Part shown: positions 9,586 through 18,768 of the stretch, in pieces
Position numbering within the stretch: position 1 is the first letter of the stretch
How the letters are laid out: every line of letters begins with the position of its first letter
Assembly: GCF_020885515.1 (NCBI RefSeq)
Contig: NZ_AP024987.1
Location: 540,001-572,000 of the forward strand
Source of the DNA: a cyanobacterium endosymbiont of Braarudosphaera bigelowii
Lineage (GTDB): Bacteria > Cyanobacteriota > Cyanobacteriia > Cyanobacteriales > Microcystaceae
Direction: 5' to 3'
DNA: 32,000 nucleotides
Position numbers and translations under genes: made by a program
Notes under the pieces: generated by a model
Database searches by the model: none
What the model was told of the DNA's origin: nothing
The model's input: the letters and a program-made list of their open reading frames with translations, nothing else

Positions 9586-10392
9586 ATGAAGCTGTCTATT
9601 ATTATCCCCGTTTACAATGAAATCCATACTATAGCTATTATTCTAACAAAAATAGCTATGGCTCTCCCAGAAGTAGATAAAGAAATCATCCTAGTAGACG
9701 ATGGATCTACTGATGGTACTCGAGAATGGTTATTAAAAACCTTTGGATCTGCTAATAAAAATTCTGTCAAAGCAACATTAAACAATGGTTCTCTTGTAGC
9801 TGTAGATAGAATTGAAAATAATTTACAGGAACCATCTACAGAAGCAAAAGTAGAAACGGCTTCTATAACAGTTAATATAATTTTTCATCATCTTAATCAA
9901 GGTAAAGGAGCTGCATTAAGAACAGGATTTGAAAATTCCACTGGAGAAGTTCTTGTCATACAAGATGCCGATTTAGAATATGATCCACAAGATTGGAAGC
10001 GAATGTGGAAACTGATTGAGGGAAATCATGCAGATATAGTTTATGGAAGTAGATTTTATGGAGAACCTCATCGAGTATTATATTTTCACCATCTTTTAGG
10101 GAATAAGGTAATTTCTAATTTAATTAATTTATTATGTAATACTACTCTTACTGATATTGAAGTTTGTTATAAAATGTTTCATCGTAAAGTTATAAATGGA
10201 ATGGAACTTATTTGTAATGACTTCGGTTTTGAAGTAGAGTTTACAGTTAAAGTTACCAAAGCCCGTAAATGGCGCATATACGAGACTGGTATTTCTTACT
10301 ATGGAAGAACTTATGAAGAAGGAAAAAAAATTAACTGGAAAGATGGTGTCAAAGCTTTAGCATATATTGTATGGTTTTGGTTGTTTCACTAA
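9586..10392 (+). CDS. Family 2 glycosyltransferase
   Basis: It has the motifs LSIIIPVYNE, VDDGSTDGT, NQGKGAALRTG and QDADLEYDP (DxD). An extra segment of about 45 aa sits between the DDGS and GKG motifs. Confidence 0.8.
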   Translation: MKLSIIIPVYNEIHTIAIILTKIAMALPEVDKEIILVDDGSTDGTREWLLKTFGSANKNSVKATLNNGSLVAVDRIENNLQEPSTEAKVETASITVNIIFHHLNQGKGAALRTGFENSTGEVLVIQDADLEYDPQDWKRMWKLIEGNHADIVYGSRFYGEPHRVLYFHHLLGNKVISNLINLLCNTTLTDIEVCYKMFHRKVINGMELICNDFGFEVEFTVKVTKARKWRIYETGISYYGRTYEEGKKINWKDGVKALAYIVWFWLFH

Positions 10393-10450
10393 ATATACAA
10401 AAAATACTAGTATGCTTATGAGGTTTTAATATACATTGAATATAATTTAA

Positions 10451-10490
10451 GTTTGAAGGTATGTTTATCACATACCTTCAAACTTTTTAA
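10451..10490. terminator. Intrinsic terminator between the convergent glycosyltransferase gene and frr
   Basis: A perfect 13-bp stem (gtttgaaggtatg / cataccttcaaac) with a 7-nt loop. tttttaa follows on the + strand and cttaaatta on the - strand. Confidence 0.7.
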
Positions 10491-10502
10491 TTGATGGATT
10501 CT

Positions 10503-11048
10503 CTAAACTGTCATAATATCTTTATTTTTGACGGTTAATAATTCATCAATTTTTTTAGTAAATTCATCAGTAATTTTTTGGATATTTTCTTGTAAGTCAC
10601 GGGATTCATCCTCAGAAATATATCCATCTTTTACTTGCTTACGTACAGCTTCATTAGCATCTCGACGAATGTTCCTGACAGCGACTTTCCCTTCTTCTGC
10701 CATTTTATTAGCTATTTTCGTCAAGTCCTTTCTTCTTTCTTTTGTTAGAGGGGGAATATTAAGACGTATAACTTGGCCATCATTATTCGGTGTTAATCCC
10801 ACATCAGACATGTTGATAGCTTTTTCAATTTGTCCTATACTCCCTCTGTCAAAAGGTTGAATCATAAGAGTAGTTGAGTCAGGAGTATTAATATTTGCAA
10901 GAGATTTTAATTGAGCTTCCGTTCCATAATAATCAACCGTTACTCTATCAAGTATCGCTGCATTAGCACGTCCTGTTCGTAAGGTATTAAAGGACTTTTG
11001 AGTAGATTCAACAGTCTTTTTCATACTAGCTTTAAGATCATTTAACAT
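10503..11048 (-). CDS. frr: Ribosome recycling factor
   Basis: I chose the start at ATG 11048 ([29 protein letters not shown]...), giving a canonical 182-aa RRF. The 209-aa track ORF adds a non-homologous extension that overlaps pyrH. Confidence 0.9.
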   Translation of the reverse strand: MLNDLKASMKKTVESTQKSFNTLRTGRANAAILDRVTVDYYGTEAQLKSLANINTPDSTTLMIQPFDRGSIGQIEKAINMSDVGLTPNNDGQVIRLNIPPLTKERRKDLTKIANKMAEEGKVAVRNIRRDANEAVRKQVKDGYISEDESRDLQENIQKITDEFTKKIDELLTVKNKDIMTV

Positions 11049-11760
11049 CACAGAAGCCTCCCACAACGGTTCCAACAGTTTCACCTTTAATTGCCCGAAC
11101 AATATTTCCTGAAATAGAAAGATTAAAAACAATTATTGGTATATTATTCTCTTTACAAAGTGATATGGCAGTACTATCCATCACTCGTAAATCATGAGTT
11201 AATACATGATTATAATTGAGGCTTATATAGCGACGAGCGTTAGGATTAAGTTGAGGATCAGAATCATACACTCCATCAACTTTAGTAGCTTTGAATACTA
11301 CTTCTGCATCAATTTCTGCTGCTCTTAAAGCGGCAGTTGTATCAGTAGTAAAAAAAGGATTACCTGAACCGGCCCCAAAGACAACAACTCGCCCCTTTTC
11401 TAGATGCCGAATTGCACGGCGACGAATATATGGTTCAGCCACTTCTTGCATAGCAATTGCCGTTAACACTCTCGTTGGAACACCCATTTGCTCGAGAGCA
11501 TCCTGTAATGTCATTGCATTCATAACTGTAGCGATCATTCCTACATAATCTGCAGTTGCTCGATCCATTCCTGCTGAAGCAGCTTTAACCCCACGAAAAA
11601 TGTTACCTCCACCTACAACAATCGCTAACTGAATGTCGTGGCTGATAACATCTTTAATTTCTTGAGCAATATCGGCGACGACTTTAGGGTCAATGCCATA
11701 GCCCAGATTTCCCATCAGGGCTTCACCGCTGAGTTTAAGTAATACGCGCTGGTAAGTCAT
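11038..11760 (-). CDS. pyrH: UMP kinase
   Basis: 240 aa. It has [21 protein letters not shown] and TDTTAALRA motifs. Its 3' end overlaps the frr start by 11 nt. Confidence 0.95.
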   Translation of the reverse strand: MTYQRVLLKLSGEALMGNLGYGIDPKVVADIAQEIKDVISHDIQLAIVVGGGNIFRGVKAASAGMDRATADYVGMIATVMNAMTLQDALEQMGVPTRVLTAIAMQEVAEPYIRRRAIRHLEKGRVVVFGAGSGNPFFTTDTTAALRAAEIDAEVVFKATKVDGVYDSDPQLNPNARRYISLNYNHVLTHDLRVMDSTAISLCKENNIPIIVFNLSISGNIVRAIKGETVGTVVGGFCDVK

Positions 11761-12055
11761 CCCTTTGCTATAACTTGTTTTATTAAGCCTATAATGTCTG
11801 GATAATAAGCATCAGGTATCTTGTCCCTTTTGTCAAACAAATTAATATTATTTTCCTTATTTAAGTAGGCCTGGGTCGATGTTTTTAATGTTTATAACTG
11901 TTTTAGGTACTAAGTCTTGAGAAAAAAAATTCATCCTAAATGAAAACATAATATTAACTATTGAGCTTTTCTCTCAAAGAGTCATAACATAATCAATATT
12001 ATTTACTAGTAACGACTGTTCACTATAAAAACTAATAGCAATACCTTAATGTTAC

Positions 12056-12106
12056 GTGAAAAAGAAAATACATTGATACAAAGATTATTGTATCAATGTA
12101 TTTTCT
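12056..12106 (-). terminator. Intrinsic terminator candidate, minus strand
   Basis: A perfect 17-bp stem at 12063-12079 / 12090-12106 with a 10-nt loop. On the minus-strand RNA the stem ends in auuuucu and is followed by uuuuc. Confidence 0.55.
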
Positions 12107-12246
12107 GTAAATATTTAGATATAGTTATTTTTATATATAAACTAATGGATAGAAGTCGATTTTCTTACCTATTATTCATAAGTTAAACAATAGTTAAAAT
12201 ATAGACATTTAGTATAACCATAAAGAATACAAAGCATAAAGATATT

Positions 12247-12298
12247 ATTAACTAATTTAGTTATACCTTGTACACAAAATATAACTAAATTAGTTAAT
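12247..12298 (-). terminator. Perfect 19-bp hairpin immediately after the stop of the 72-aa ORF
   Basis: The arms are attaactaatttagttata (12247-12265) and tataactaaattagttaat (12280-12298), with a 14-nt loop. It begins 4 nt downstream of the stop codon (12303-12305). The trailing sequence is only moderately U-rich. Confidence 0.45.
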
Positions 12299-12302
12299 AT
12301 CC

Positions 12303-12521
12303 TTAATTTATTTTAATAGTCCACCATCCAAAAGTAGGTCCAATAAAATGAACCCCAAACCATATAAATATAGTAATTCCAATACCTATCCAAGCTGCAT
12401 TTGTTGTCCATTTGTGCAGTAAATTAGCCTGATTTTTAGAAACAGGAAACTGAGGAAAAATCCTTTCTTCATTCTTCCCGAAATTATTCATTTTTTTTAT
12501 ACGACGCTTTGATTCACTCAT
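12303..12521 (-). CDS. Hypothetical small single-pass membrane protein
   Basis: 72 aa. It has a basic N-terminus (SKRRIKK) and one Trp/Gly-rich hydrophobic helix (AAWIGIGITIFIWFGVHFIGPTFGWW). Two hairpins lie directly downstream. I recognise no family. Confidence 0.5.
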   Translation of the reverse strand: MSESKRRIKKMNNFGKNEERIFPQFPVSKNQANLLHKWTTNAAWIGIGITIFIWFGVHFIGPTFGWWTIKIN

Positions 12522-13066
12522 ATTTAACTTAAAATAATACTATGACTATCTAGTATAAATATATACTTTGTTGAAAAGTCTGTATAATTTAATATAGAGT
12601 TTTTAAGAAATATTATTAGTTTAAACTAGTAATATAACAACTAAGTATCGATAAGCAACATACTAAGTATGTCATAGCCTCTAGATTTAGAAAATATCAT
12701 TTTTTGTTATAAATTCAGTATTGATATATTTTTAATTACTATCTGTTTACTAGCTTTAATAAAAAATCTTATAGTTACTTTGTAATATTTTAATATTGAG
12801 TAATGAGAGTTATTTACATTTCGTATTTAAGATACAAAGTATAGAAATTTAGAAAATATATATCAATAGTAAAATTTTGATATATATAAATTGTGAATAA
12901 TATTGTCATTCATCGAAATTTTACTATTAATATAATAAATTTTTACAACTATCTCTTTTAACTTATTTGATAAATTATTTTTTATCTTGTAATTTAAAAC
13001 TTATTTGTTGCAGAAACTTGGTATTATAAGACTCAAATAATTATAATTAATTTTCAAATTAAAAAT

Positions 13067-13828
13067 ATGGGAGAGACTATTACTCTATTATCAAAACGAG
13101 AAATTGATAAAATGCGTCGGGCTGGACGTCTAGCAGCTAAATTATTAGATCACTTAGAACCTATGATTAAGCCTGGTATAAGTACTTTAGAGATTAATAA
13201 TGAGGCAGAGAGATGGACTCAATCCCATAGAGCAATAAGTGCACCTCTCGGATATCATGGTTTTCCAAAATCAATTTGTACTAGTGTCAATCATGTTATT
13301 TGTCATGGTATTCCTAATGCACAACAAATTTTAAAAGAGGGAGATATCATTAATGTTGATGTTACGCCGATTTTAGACGGCTATCATGGTGATACATCAA
13401 AAACATTTTTCGTGGGAAAATCTTCACAAATAGCAAAAAAATTAGTAGAAACAGCAGAAACATCTTTAATAAATGCTATTCAAACTGTAAAACCTGGTTC
13501 AAAAATTGGAGATATTGGAGCTGCAATTCAAGAGTGTGCAGAACCACATGGTTTTTCGGTTGTAAGAGATTTTGTTGGTCATGGTATTAGTAATATTTTT
13601 CATACAGCTCCCCAAATTCCTCACTATGGAATAAAAGGTAAAGGCAAAAGACTACGTTCTGGGATGGTATTCACTATTGAACCGATGATTAATGAAGGAA
13701 CGTGGGAAGCAGTTATATTAAAAGATGGTTGGACAGCAGTCACTAAGGATGGAAAGTTATCAGCTCAGTTTGAGCATACTATTGCCGTAACAGAGACAGG
13801 AGTAGAAATCTTAACTATTCTAGATTAA
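13067..13828 (+). CDS. map: Type I methionine aminopeptidase
   Basis: 253 aa. It has ICHGIP, DVTPILDGYHGD, FVGHGI, FTIEPM and QFEHT, the metal-ligand pattern of MetAP type I. Confidence 0.95.
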   Translation: MGETITLLSKREIDKMRRAGRLAAKLLDHLEPMIKPGISTLEINNEAERWTQSHRAISAPLGYHGFPKSICTSVNHVICHGIPNAQQILKEGDIINVDVTPILDGYHGDTSKTFFVGKSSQIAKKLVETAETSLINAIQTVKPGSKIGDIGAAIQECAEPHGFSVVRDFVGHGISNIFHTAPQIPHYGIKGKGKRLRSGMVFTIEPMINEGTWEAVILKDGWTAVTKDGKLSAQFEHTIAVTETGVEILTILD

Positions 13829-13965
13829 ATTATTCGAAAGAAAATTTATATTTTATCTAGTAGAGATCTCAATGTTTTAAAACTTAAATCAAAAGTTTGA
13901 AAAACCAATTCTTATATTAAAGATAGTCTAAATTAGACACAACAAAATATAGGATTTCAAATGTA

Positions 13966-14017
13966 AATGTTATTTTTTAATGAAAACAATGATTAAAAAA
14001 TAACATTAAGGGTTTTT
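13966..14017 (+). terminator. Intrinsic terminator candidate downstream of map
   Basis: A perfect 16-bp stem (aatgttattttttaat / attaaaaaataacatt) with a 10-nt loop, followed by aagggtttttgc. The stem is all A/T apart from one G:C pair. Confidence 0.55.
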
Positions 14018-14077
14018 GCTAAACATAATAAAAATTAATTTGTTAATTATAAAATAAACTATGTATATTATTCTTAT

Positions 14078-15319
14078 ATGATAAAAGTTCTTCATTTTTC
14101 TGATATTCATCTCGGTAGTGGACTTTCTCATGGAAGAACAAATCCGAAGACTGGCTTTAATACCCGTCTGGAAGACTTTGTGAAATGTTTAAGTTTATGT
14201 ATTGATAGTGCAATTGAGGAAGAAGTTGATATTGTTCTTTTTGGAGGTGATGCTTTTCCAAATTCAACACCACCTCCATATATTCAAGAAGCTTTTGCTA
14301 CTCAGTTCCGACGTTTGTCTAATCTAAACATTCCTACCGTTTTACTAGTAGGAAACCATGATCAACATTCTCACATAAATGGGGGGGTGAGCTTATCTAT
14401 TTATAGAACTTTAAAAGTACCTAATTTTATAGTTGCAGATACTCTAAAAACTCATAAAATACTAACAAAAAATGGTTATGTACAAGTTATTACCTTACCT
14501 TGGTTAACTAGATCTTCTCTTCTAACAAAATCTAAAACTGAAGGTCTGTCTCTAGAACAAATTGATAATCTATTAATTGAAACATTAGAACCAGCTCTGG
14601 AATCAGAAATTAGAAAATTAAATTCTAATGATCCAACAATTTTACTAGCACATTTGATGGTTGATCGAGCAAGATTTGGGACTGAAAAATTTTTGGCGGT
14701 AGGACGTGGATTTACTATTCCTATTTCTTTATTAATGCGTTCTGAATTTAACTATGTAGCATTAGGTCATGTTCATAAACATCAAAATCTTAACCCTAAA
14801 AATAATCCTCCTATTATTTATCCAGGCAGTATTGAAAGAGTAGATTTTAGTGAGGAAAAAGAGCAAAAGGGATATGTTTTATTAATAATTAAAAAGGGAC
14901 AAACAAGTTGGAATTTTTTTCCTTTACCTGCACGTCCCTTTATTACAATAAAAGCTAATGTTTCTCAGAGTACAAATCCACAAAAAACTTTAATTGATAC
15001 TATTAGAAAAAAACCAATTAAAGAAGCTATTGTTAGATTAAACTATCAAGTTCGTTCTGAACAATTAGAATTAATTGATATTTCTTCTATTCATGAAATA
15101 TTAAAGCACTCTCATAGTTATACAATTTGCCCTGAAATACTTAGTGAGATATCTAGAATACGTTTGCCAGAATTAGGGTTTGGGAAAAGTTTGGATCCGA
15201 TTGAAGCTCTAAAAACCTATCTTAAAGATAAAAACGATATCAAAGATATAACTGATGAGCTGCTAGAAGCAGCTCATCAGTTATTGAAAGAAAAAAACGA
15301 AATAATAGAAACAGACTAA
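14078..15319 (+). CDS. sbcD: SbcD/Mre11-family nuclease (calcineurin-like metallophosphoesterase)
   Basis: It has the phosphoesterase motifs HFSDIHLG, GGDAF, GNHD and GHVH in canonical order. At 413 aa its length fits SbcD. No SbcC/Rad50 partner is present in the window. Confidence 0.8.
   Translation: MIKVLHFSDIHLGSGLSHGRTNPKTGFNTRLEDFVKCLSLCIDSAIEEEVDIVLFGGDAFPNSTPPPYIQEAFATQFRRLSNLNIPTVLLVGNHDQHSHINGGVSLSIYRTLKVPNFIVADTLKTHKILTKNGYVQVITLPWLTRSSLLTKSKTEGLSLEQIDNLLIETLEPALESEIRKLNSNDPTILLAHLMVDRARFGTEKFLAVGRGFTIPISLLMRSEFNYVALGHVHKHQNLNPKNNPPIIYPGSIERVDFSEEKEQKGYVLLIIKKGQTSWNFFPLPARPFITIKANVSQSTNPQKTLIDTIRKKPIKEAIVRLNYQVRSEQLELIDISSIHEILKHSHSYTICPEILSEISRIRLPELGFGKSLDPIEALKTYLKDKNDIKDITDELLEAAHQLLKEKNEIIETD
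15248..15284. repeat. Perfect 17-bp inverted repeat inside the 3' end of sbcD
   Basis: The arms are ataactgatgagctgct (15248-15264) and agcagctcatcagttat (15268-15284), separated by aga. It encodes ITDELLEAAHQLL and lies 35 nt before the sbcD stop. Confidence 0.85.
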
Positions 15320-15441
15320 TCTAAGCATAGATCTTCTTACGAAATTAATAATATTAATCTTAATTTCATGGTTGTTTAGTTGAAATATGATGTGAGATAT
15401 TCTCAATTACCTTTATAAAAATTAATATTGCTAATTTTTAA

Positions 15442-16686
15442 TTACATAGTCAAAGATTGAATATCAGTTTCTATTACTTTTGCGAGATCCTGTAAAAAAG
15501 CAGCTGCATGAGAACCATAAATTATACGATGGTCACATGTTATATTGACTGTCATCTTATTCTGAATTCCAAATAATTTATCTGAGATTGCTACTACATG
15601 AGGCTTAGAAGCTCCAATCGCTAAGATAGAGCCTTGTTCTGGAGGTAAAATTGCATCAAATGTATCTACTCCAAACATACCTAAATTTGACAAAGTAAAT
15701 GTTCCATTACTATATTCGTTTGATTTTAATTCTTTCTTACGTGCTCTATACAATAAATCTTTCCAGATACGAGAGAGAGAGTAAATATCTGTTTTATCTA
15801 CATTATTTAAAACTGGAGTAATTAGACCGCCATCAGGCATCGCTACAGCTATTGCAATATTAATAGATTCACAATATTGAATACCTGAGTTACCATATTT
15901 AGAATTTACTAACAAATGGTTTCGTAATGTTAAAGCAATAGCTTTTGCCAACATAACAGTCATCGTAACGCCTTTAGATTTGATATTCTTATATAGTTCA
16001 TCTAATTTCTCCGTATTGATATCATAACTTACTCTAAATACTGGAACTTGTAGAGTAGCTGACATATTTTTCACTATTGCTTTCTGTATAGTGCTAAATG
16101 GAGTAATTCCTTGAGATATATTAGTTTTAGGATCAGTTATTAATTTATCTTCTATTTTGTTTTGAACATCCTCTGTTACAATCCTTCCATAAGGTCCACT
16201 ACCTTTAATTTTGCTCAGATCTATACCTAATTCCTTCGCTATTTTTTTGGCTCTTGGAGATGCTATAATGCGACCTTCAGGCTTTTTTATACTAGAAATA
16301 GAAACATCAATAGTATTAAATTCACTTTGATAATTTTTAGTAAAGTTTTCTTCTATTTTTTCTTCTTCCTTTTTTAGAGAAGGAGTAAGTTTCTTAGATT
16401 TTTCAGAAATAGGTAGAACTTTGTTCTGAGTATCGCTAACCTCTTCTGCAGTTTCTGCTATTAAAGCAAGTACCTCTCCTACAGGAGCTTCCTCTCCAGC
16501 CTTTACTAAAATAGTCGCAAGATAACCATCATAGAAAGATTCCACATCCATATCTGCTTTATCTGATTCTACAATTAGAACAGTTTCTCCCTTCGTGACT
16601 TTATCTCCAGGAGATTTTTCCCATGAAATAATCTTCCCTTCAGTCATAGTGGAACTTAAAGCTGGCATAAAAATGTCATAAATCAT
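15442..16686 (-). CDS. pdhC: Dihydrolipoamide acetyltransferase (E2 of the pyruvate dehydrogenase complex)
   Basis: It has a lipoyl domain with ESDKADMD and an E3/E1-binding domain (ASPRAKKIAKELGIDLSKIKGSGPYGRI). The catalytic domain carries the DHRIIYG active-site His. Confidence 0.9.
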   Translation of the reverse strand: MIYDIFMPALSSTMTEGKIISWEKSPGDKVTKGETVLIVESDKADMDVESFYDGYLATILVKAGEEAPVGEVLALIAETAEEVSDTQNKVLPISEKSKKLTPSLKKEEEKIEENFTKNYQSEFNTIDVSISSIKKPEGRIIASPRAKKIAKELGIDLSKIKGSGPYGRIVTEDVQNKIEDKLITDPKTNISQGITPFSTIQKAIVKNMSATLQVPVFRVSYDINTEKLDELYKNIKSKGVTMTVMLAKAIALTLRNHLLVNSKYGNSGIQYCESINIAIAVAMPDGGLITPVLNNVDKTDIYSLSRIWKDLLYRARKKELKSNEYSNGTFTLSNLGMFGVDTFDAILPPEQGSILAIGASKPHVVAISDKLFGIQNKMTVNITCDHRIIYGSHAAAFLQDLAKVIETDIQSLTM

Positions 16687-16950
16687 AAAGTATTATTTTT
16701 ATTTTATGGTACTAAACTATTAGTAAATAAATAATCAAAATAAGAACATTAAATGGATCTTGAAGTTTGATAACATATATTATTGTAACGGAAAAAAAAC
16801 AATTTGAGCATTAAATAAGTCAAGAATAAAAAGTTAGAAAATTTTTAATTTAGTTAATTTTTCATTAAATGACTCCGAAAGATATATCAATTTATTGATT
16901 TTTTTACATTCCTAAAATGATGCAATAAAATTAAAATCATTATATTTTTC

Positions 16951-16999
16951 TAGATGAATTAGAGTTGCTTTTATATTAAAAACAACTCTAGTTCATCTA
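16951..16999. repeat. 17-bp imperfect hairpin in the spacer between the desaturase/SDR gene and pdhC
   Basis: The arms are tagatgaattagagttg and caactctagttcatcta, with one mismatch and a 15-nt loop. Neither strand has a convincing U-tract, so the role (terminator or processing site) is uncertain. Confidence 0.35.
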
Positions 17000-17081
17000 A
17001 AATTCTATATAAAATTTTAGCTAATCAATTTATAAATTTTAAGTGAGAATAGTGATTCAAACAAGATGATTCATATACTAT

Positions 17082-18305
17082 TTAATTAAAACTTTTACTT
17101 GTAAAAATTTTAAAATAAAAGCTTTGGAAAAGTTCTTTTAAAGGAAATACTAAATAAGTGGCAGGATTTATCGTAACAATAATATTTCGGTAATCTTTCT
17201 TAGCATCCCTAATGATTTTTTTTGCTACCCAATCTGCTGAAAGAATGCCGATGGGATTGAGCTTACTTTTAAAAGGACCTAATATCAATTTTCTAACAAT
17301 GCAAGGAGCATCTAAACGACGAAGTGTAACTAAATTTCCCAAAGCTCTTTTGCTCAGTTCATATAGTGGACTAAATGCAGGAATTACCTCTGATTCTGAT
17401 GTATTAACCCAAATTTCTTTACAGGCTTTGTCACGATTAGTTTTGATGGTTTTAATAAATAAGTCCATTAAGCGACAACCTGAAAACGTATTAATTTCAT
17501 AAGATTGTCTGATCGATTCTATATTTTTTTTGTTATTGACATTTATTCCGTGATTAATTATTAATATATCAATTTTAGATAATTCATCTATTAATTTATA
17601 TTCTTGTCCAGTTTCCCAAACTAATGTTTTAACAGGTAAACTGTTACCATTAATATCTAAGACAATAGACTTATCCTGAGAACTAAAAGCAACTATTTTA
17701 GCCTGATTAAGGTGTAATATTTTAAGTATTGCAATACCTAGAGTCCCTGATGAACCAGTTACTCCAATGGTTTTGCCTTTTAGAGACAAAGCTGTTCCCA
17801 TGATCTTGTCAATTAAAGTTAGCGTACCACTGTAATAAGCTTTCTGATTGTCAAAGTGATGTCTCCAATGATAAGGACGGTTTACAAACCATTGAGAGGG
17901 CAAAGAAGAGAATTCTCCTGGATTATGAGTGAAATCAGTTAATTTATCAATATTGGAAATTCCTAACCCGCGAGCAACTGCTCCTAGCAGAAAGAATAAA
18001 GAATAAAAGGATCCTAATTCTGCAAACCACCAATAGGAAATATTAAGGAACCATAATATTGTTACAGGAATGGTCCCAAAAACTATCATAACCAAAGATT
18101 CTGGTACATCATTATACCAGTGAGCTTTACGATAAATTTCTTTGTTAACAGAATTAAAATTTGAATCAAATACTCGATGATGCCAATTATGGAAACGATA
18201 TAATGTTTGCCAATTATGAGCAAGAATATGGTAGAGATCTCGAACGATTTCTACCCAAATAATTGATCCTAAACAAAGTGTAATAATAAATATGATATCA
18301 ATCAT
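17082..18305 (-). CDS. Fusion protein: N-terminal membrane di-iron fatty-acid hydroxylase/sterol-desaturase-like domain plus C-terminal short-chain dehydrogenase/reductase
   Basis: His boxes HILAH, HNWHH and HWRHH sit among hydrophobic helices. An SDR Rossmann motif (GVTGSSGTLG) and a catalytic YELSK (YxxxK) follow. I preferred ATG 18305 as the start over the upstream TTG at 18353. Confidence 0.75.
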   Translation of the reverse strand: MIDIIFIITLCLGSIIWVEIVRDLYHILAHNWQTLYRFHNWHHRVFDSNFNSVNKEIYRKAHWYNDVPESLVMIVFGTIPVTILWFLNISYWWFAELGSFYSLFFLLGAVARGLGISNIDKLTDFTHNPGEFSSLPSQWFVNRPYHWRHHFDNQKAYYSGTLTLIDKIMGTALSLKGKTIGVTGSSGTLGIAILKILHLNQAKIVAFSSQDKSIVLDINGNSLPVKTLVWETGQEYKLIDELSKIDILIINHGINVNNKKNIESIRQSYEINTFSGCRLMDLFIKTIKTNRDKACKEIWVNTSESEVIPAFSPLYELSKRALGNLVTLRRLDAPCIVRKLILGPFKSKLNPIGILSADWVAKKIIRDAKKDYRNIIVTINPATYLVFPLKELFQSFYFKIFTSKSFN

Positions 18306-18768
18306 TACGTAGTCATATAAGTATTTATTTTGTATTATAAATAGATAGTACAAAGTATTGTCAAAGTTATCAAAAAAGAATAGTTATTTCTTTATATACG
18401 TTACAGAAATATTTTTTTATTAGTTCTTTTAGAATTATAAGTAAATCTATAGAATACTTTAGATAGTTATCTAACTATAGAATATAGCAGCAGTTCTAAT
18501 TTTAAGGAACATTAAATTATTATCATTAATTTAATATTCTATTAGTATATTGTTTTTTATTTTCACAGTATTGAATTGATATGTTTAGAGAAATAATTAC
18601 TTTTACTTTTCTAAAATATCTAAATTTCTCTCTTCTTCCATAGTTTGTCAATTAGTTCAAAGGCTAACTGTCCATTCTAAAAAATTATCAAATGATTTAT
18701 CTTAGTTTTTAGCTGTTTACTTTATACTTTTACTTAGTGCTATTTTTTTGGATTAATCAATTTTTAAT

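Noticed and set aside
11049-11132. N-terminal extension of the frr ORF ([28 protein letters not shown])
   Set aside because: It lies inside the pyrH coding region in another frame. It is hydrophobic junk, unlike RRF. The canonical RRF N-terminus begins at the internal ATG 11048.
10528-11548. ORFs 10528..10860(+) and 11291..11548(+)
   Set aside because: They are antisense to frr and pyrH. Ser/Ala/Arg-rich products are typical of reverse-frame artefacts.
12611-12634. Zero-loop palindrome tattattagttt/aaactagtaata and other A/T-only palindromes in the spacers
   Set aside because: They are composed almost solely of A/T, contain mismatches and are abundant by chance in such sequence. Nothing supports a specific binding-site claim.
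17212-17502. ORF 17212..17502(+)
   Set aside because: It is antisense to the SDR domain of the fusion gene and has no motifs.
18306-18353. TTG-initiated 16-codon extension of the desaturase/SDR gene
   Set aside because: An ATG at 18305 starts directly at the first hydrophobic helix. The extension (YYLFIIQNKYLYDYV) looks like translated AT-rich spacer. Not excluded, only less likely.
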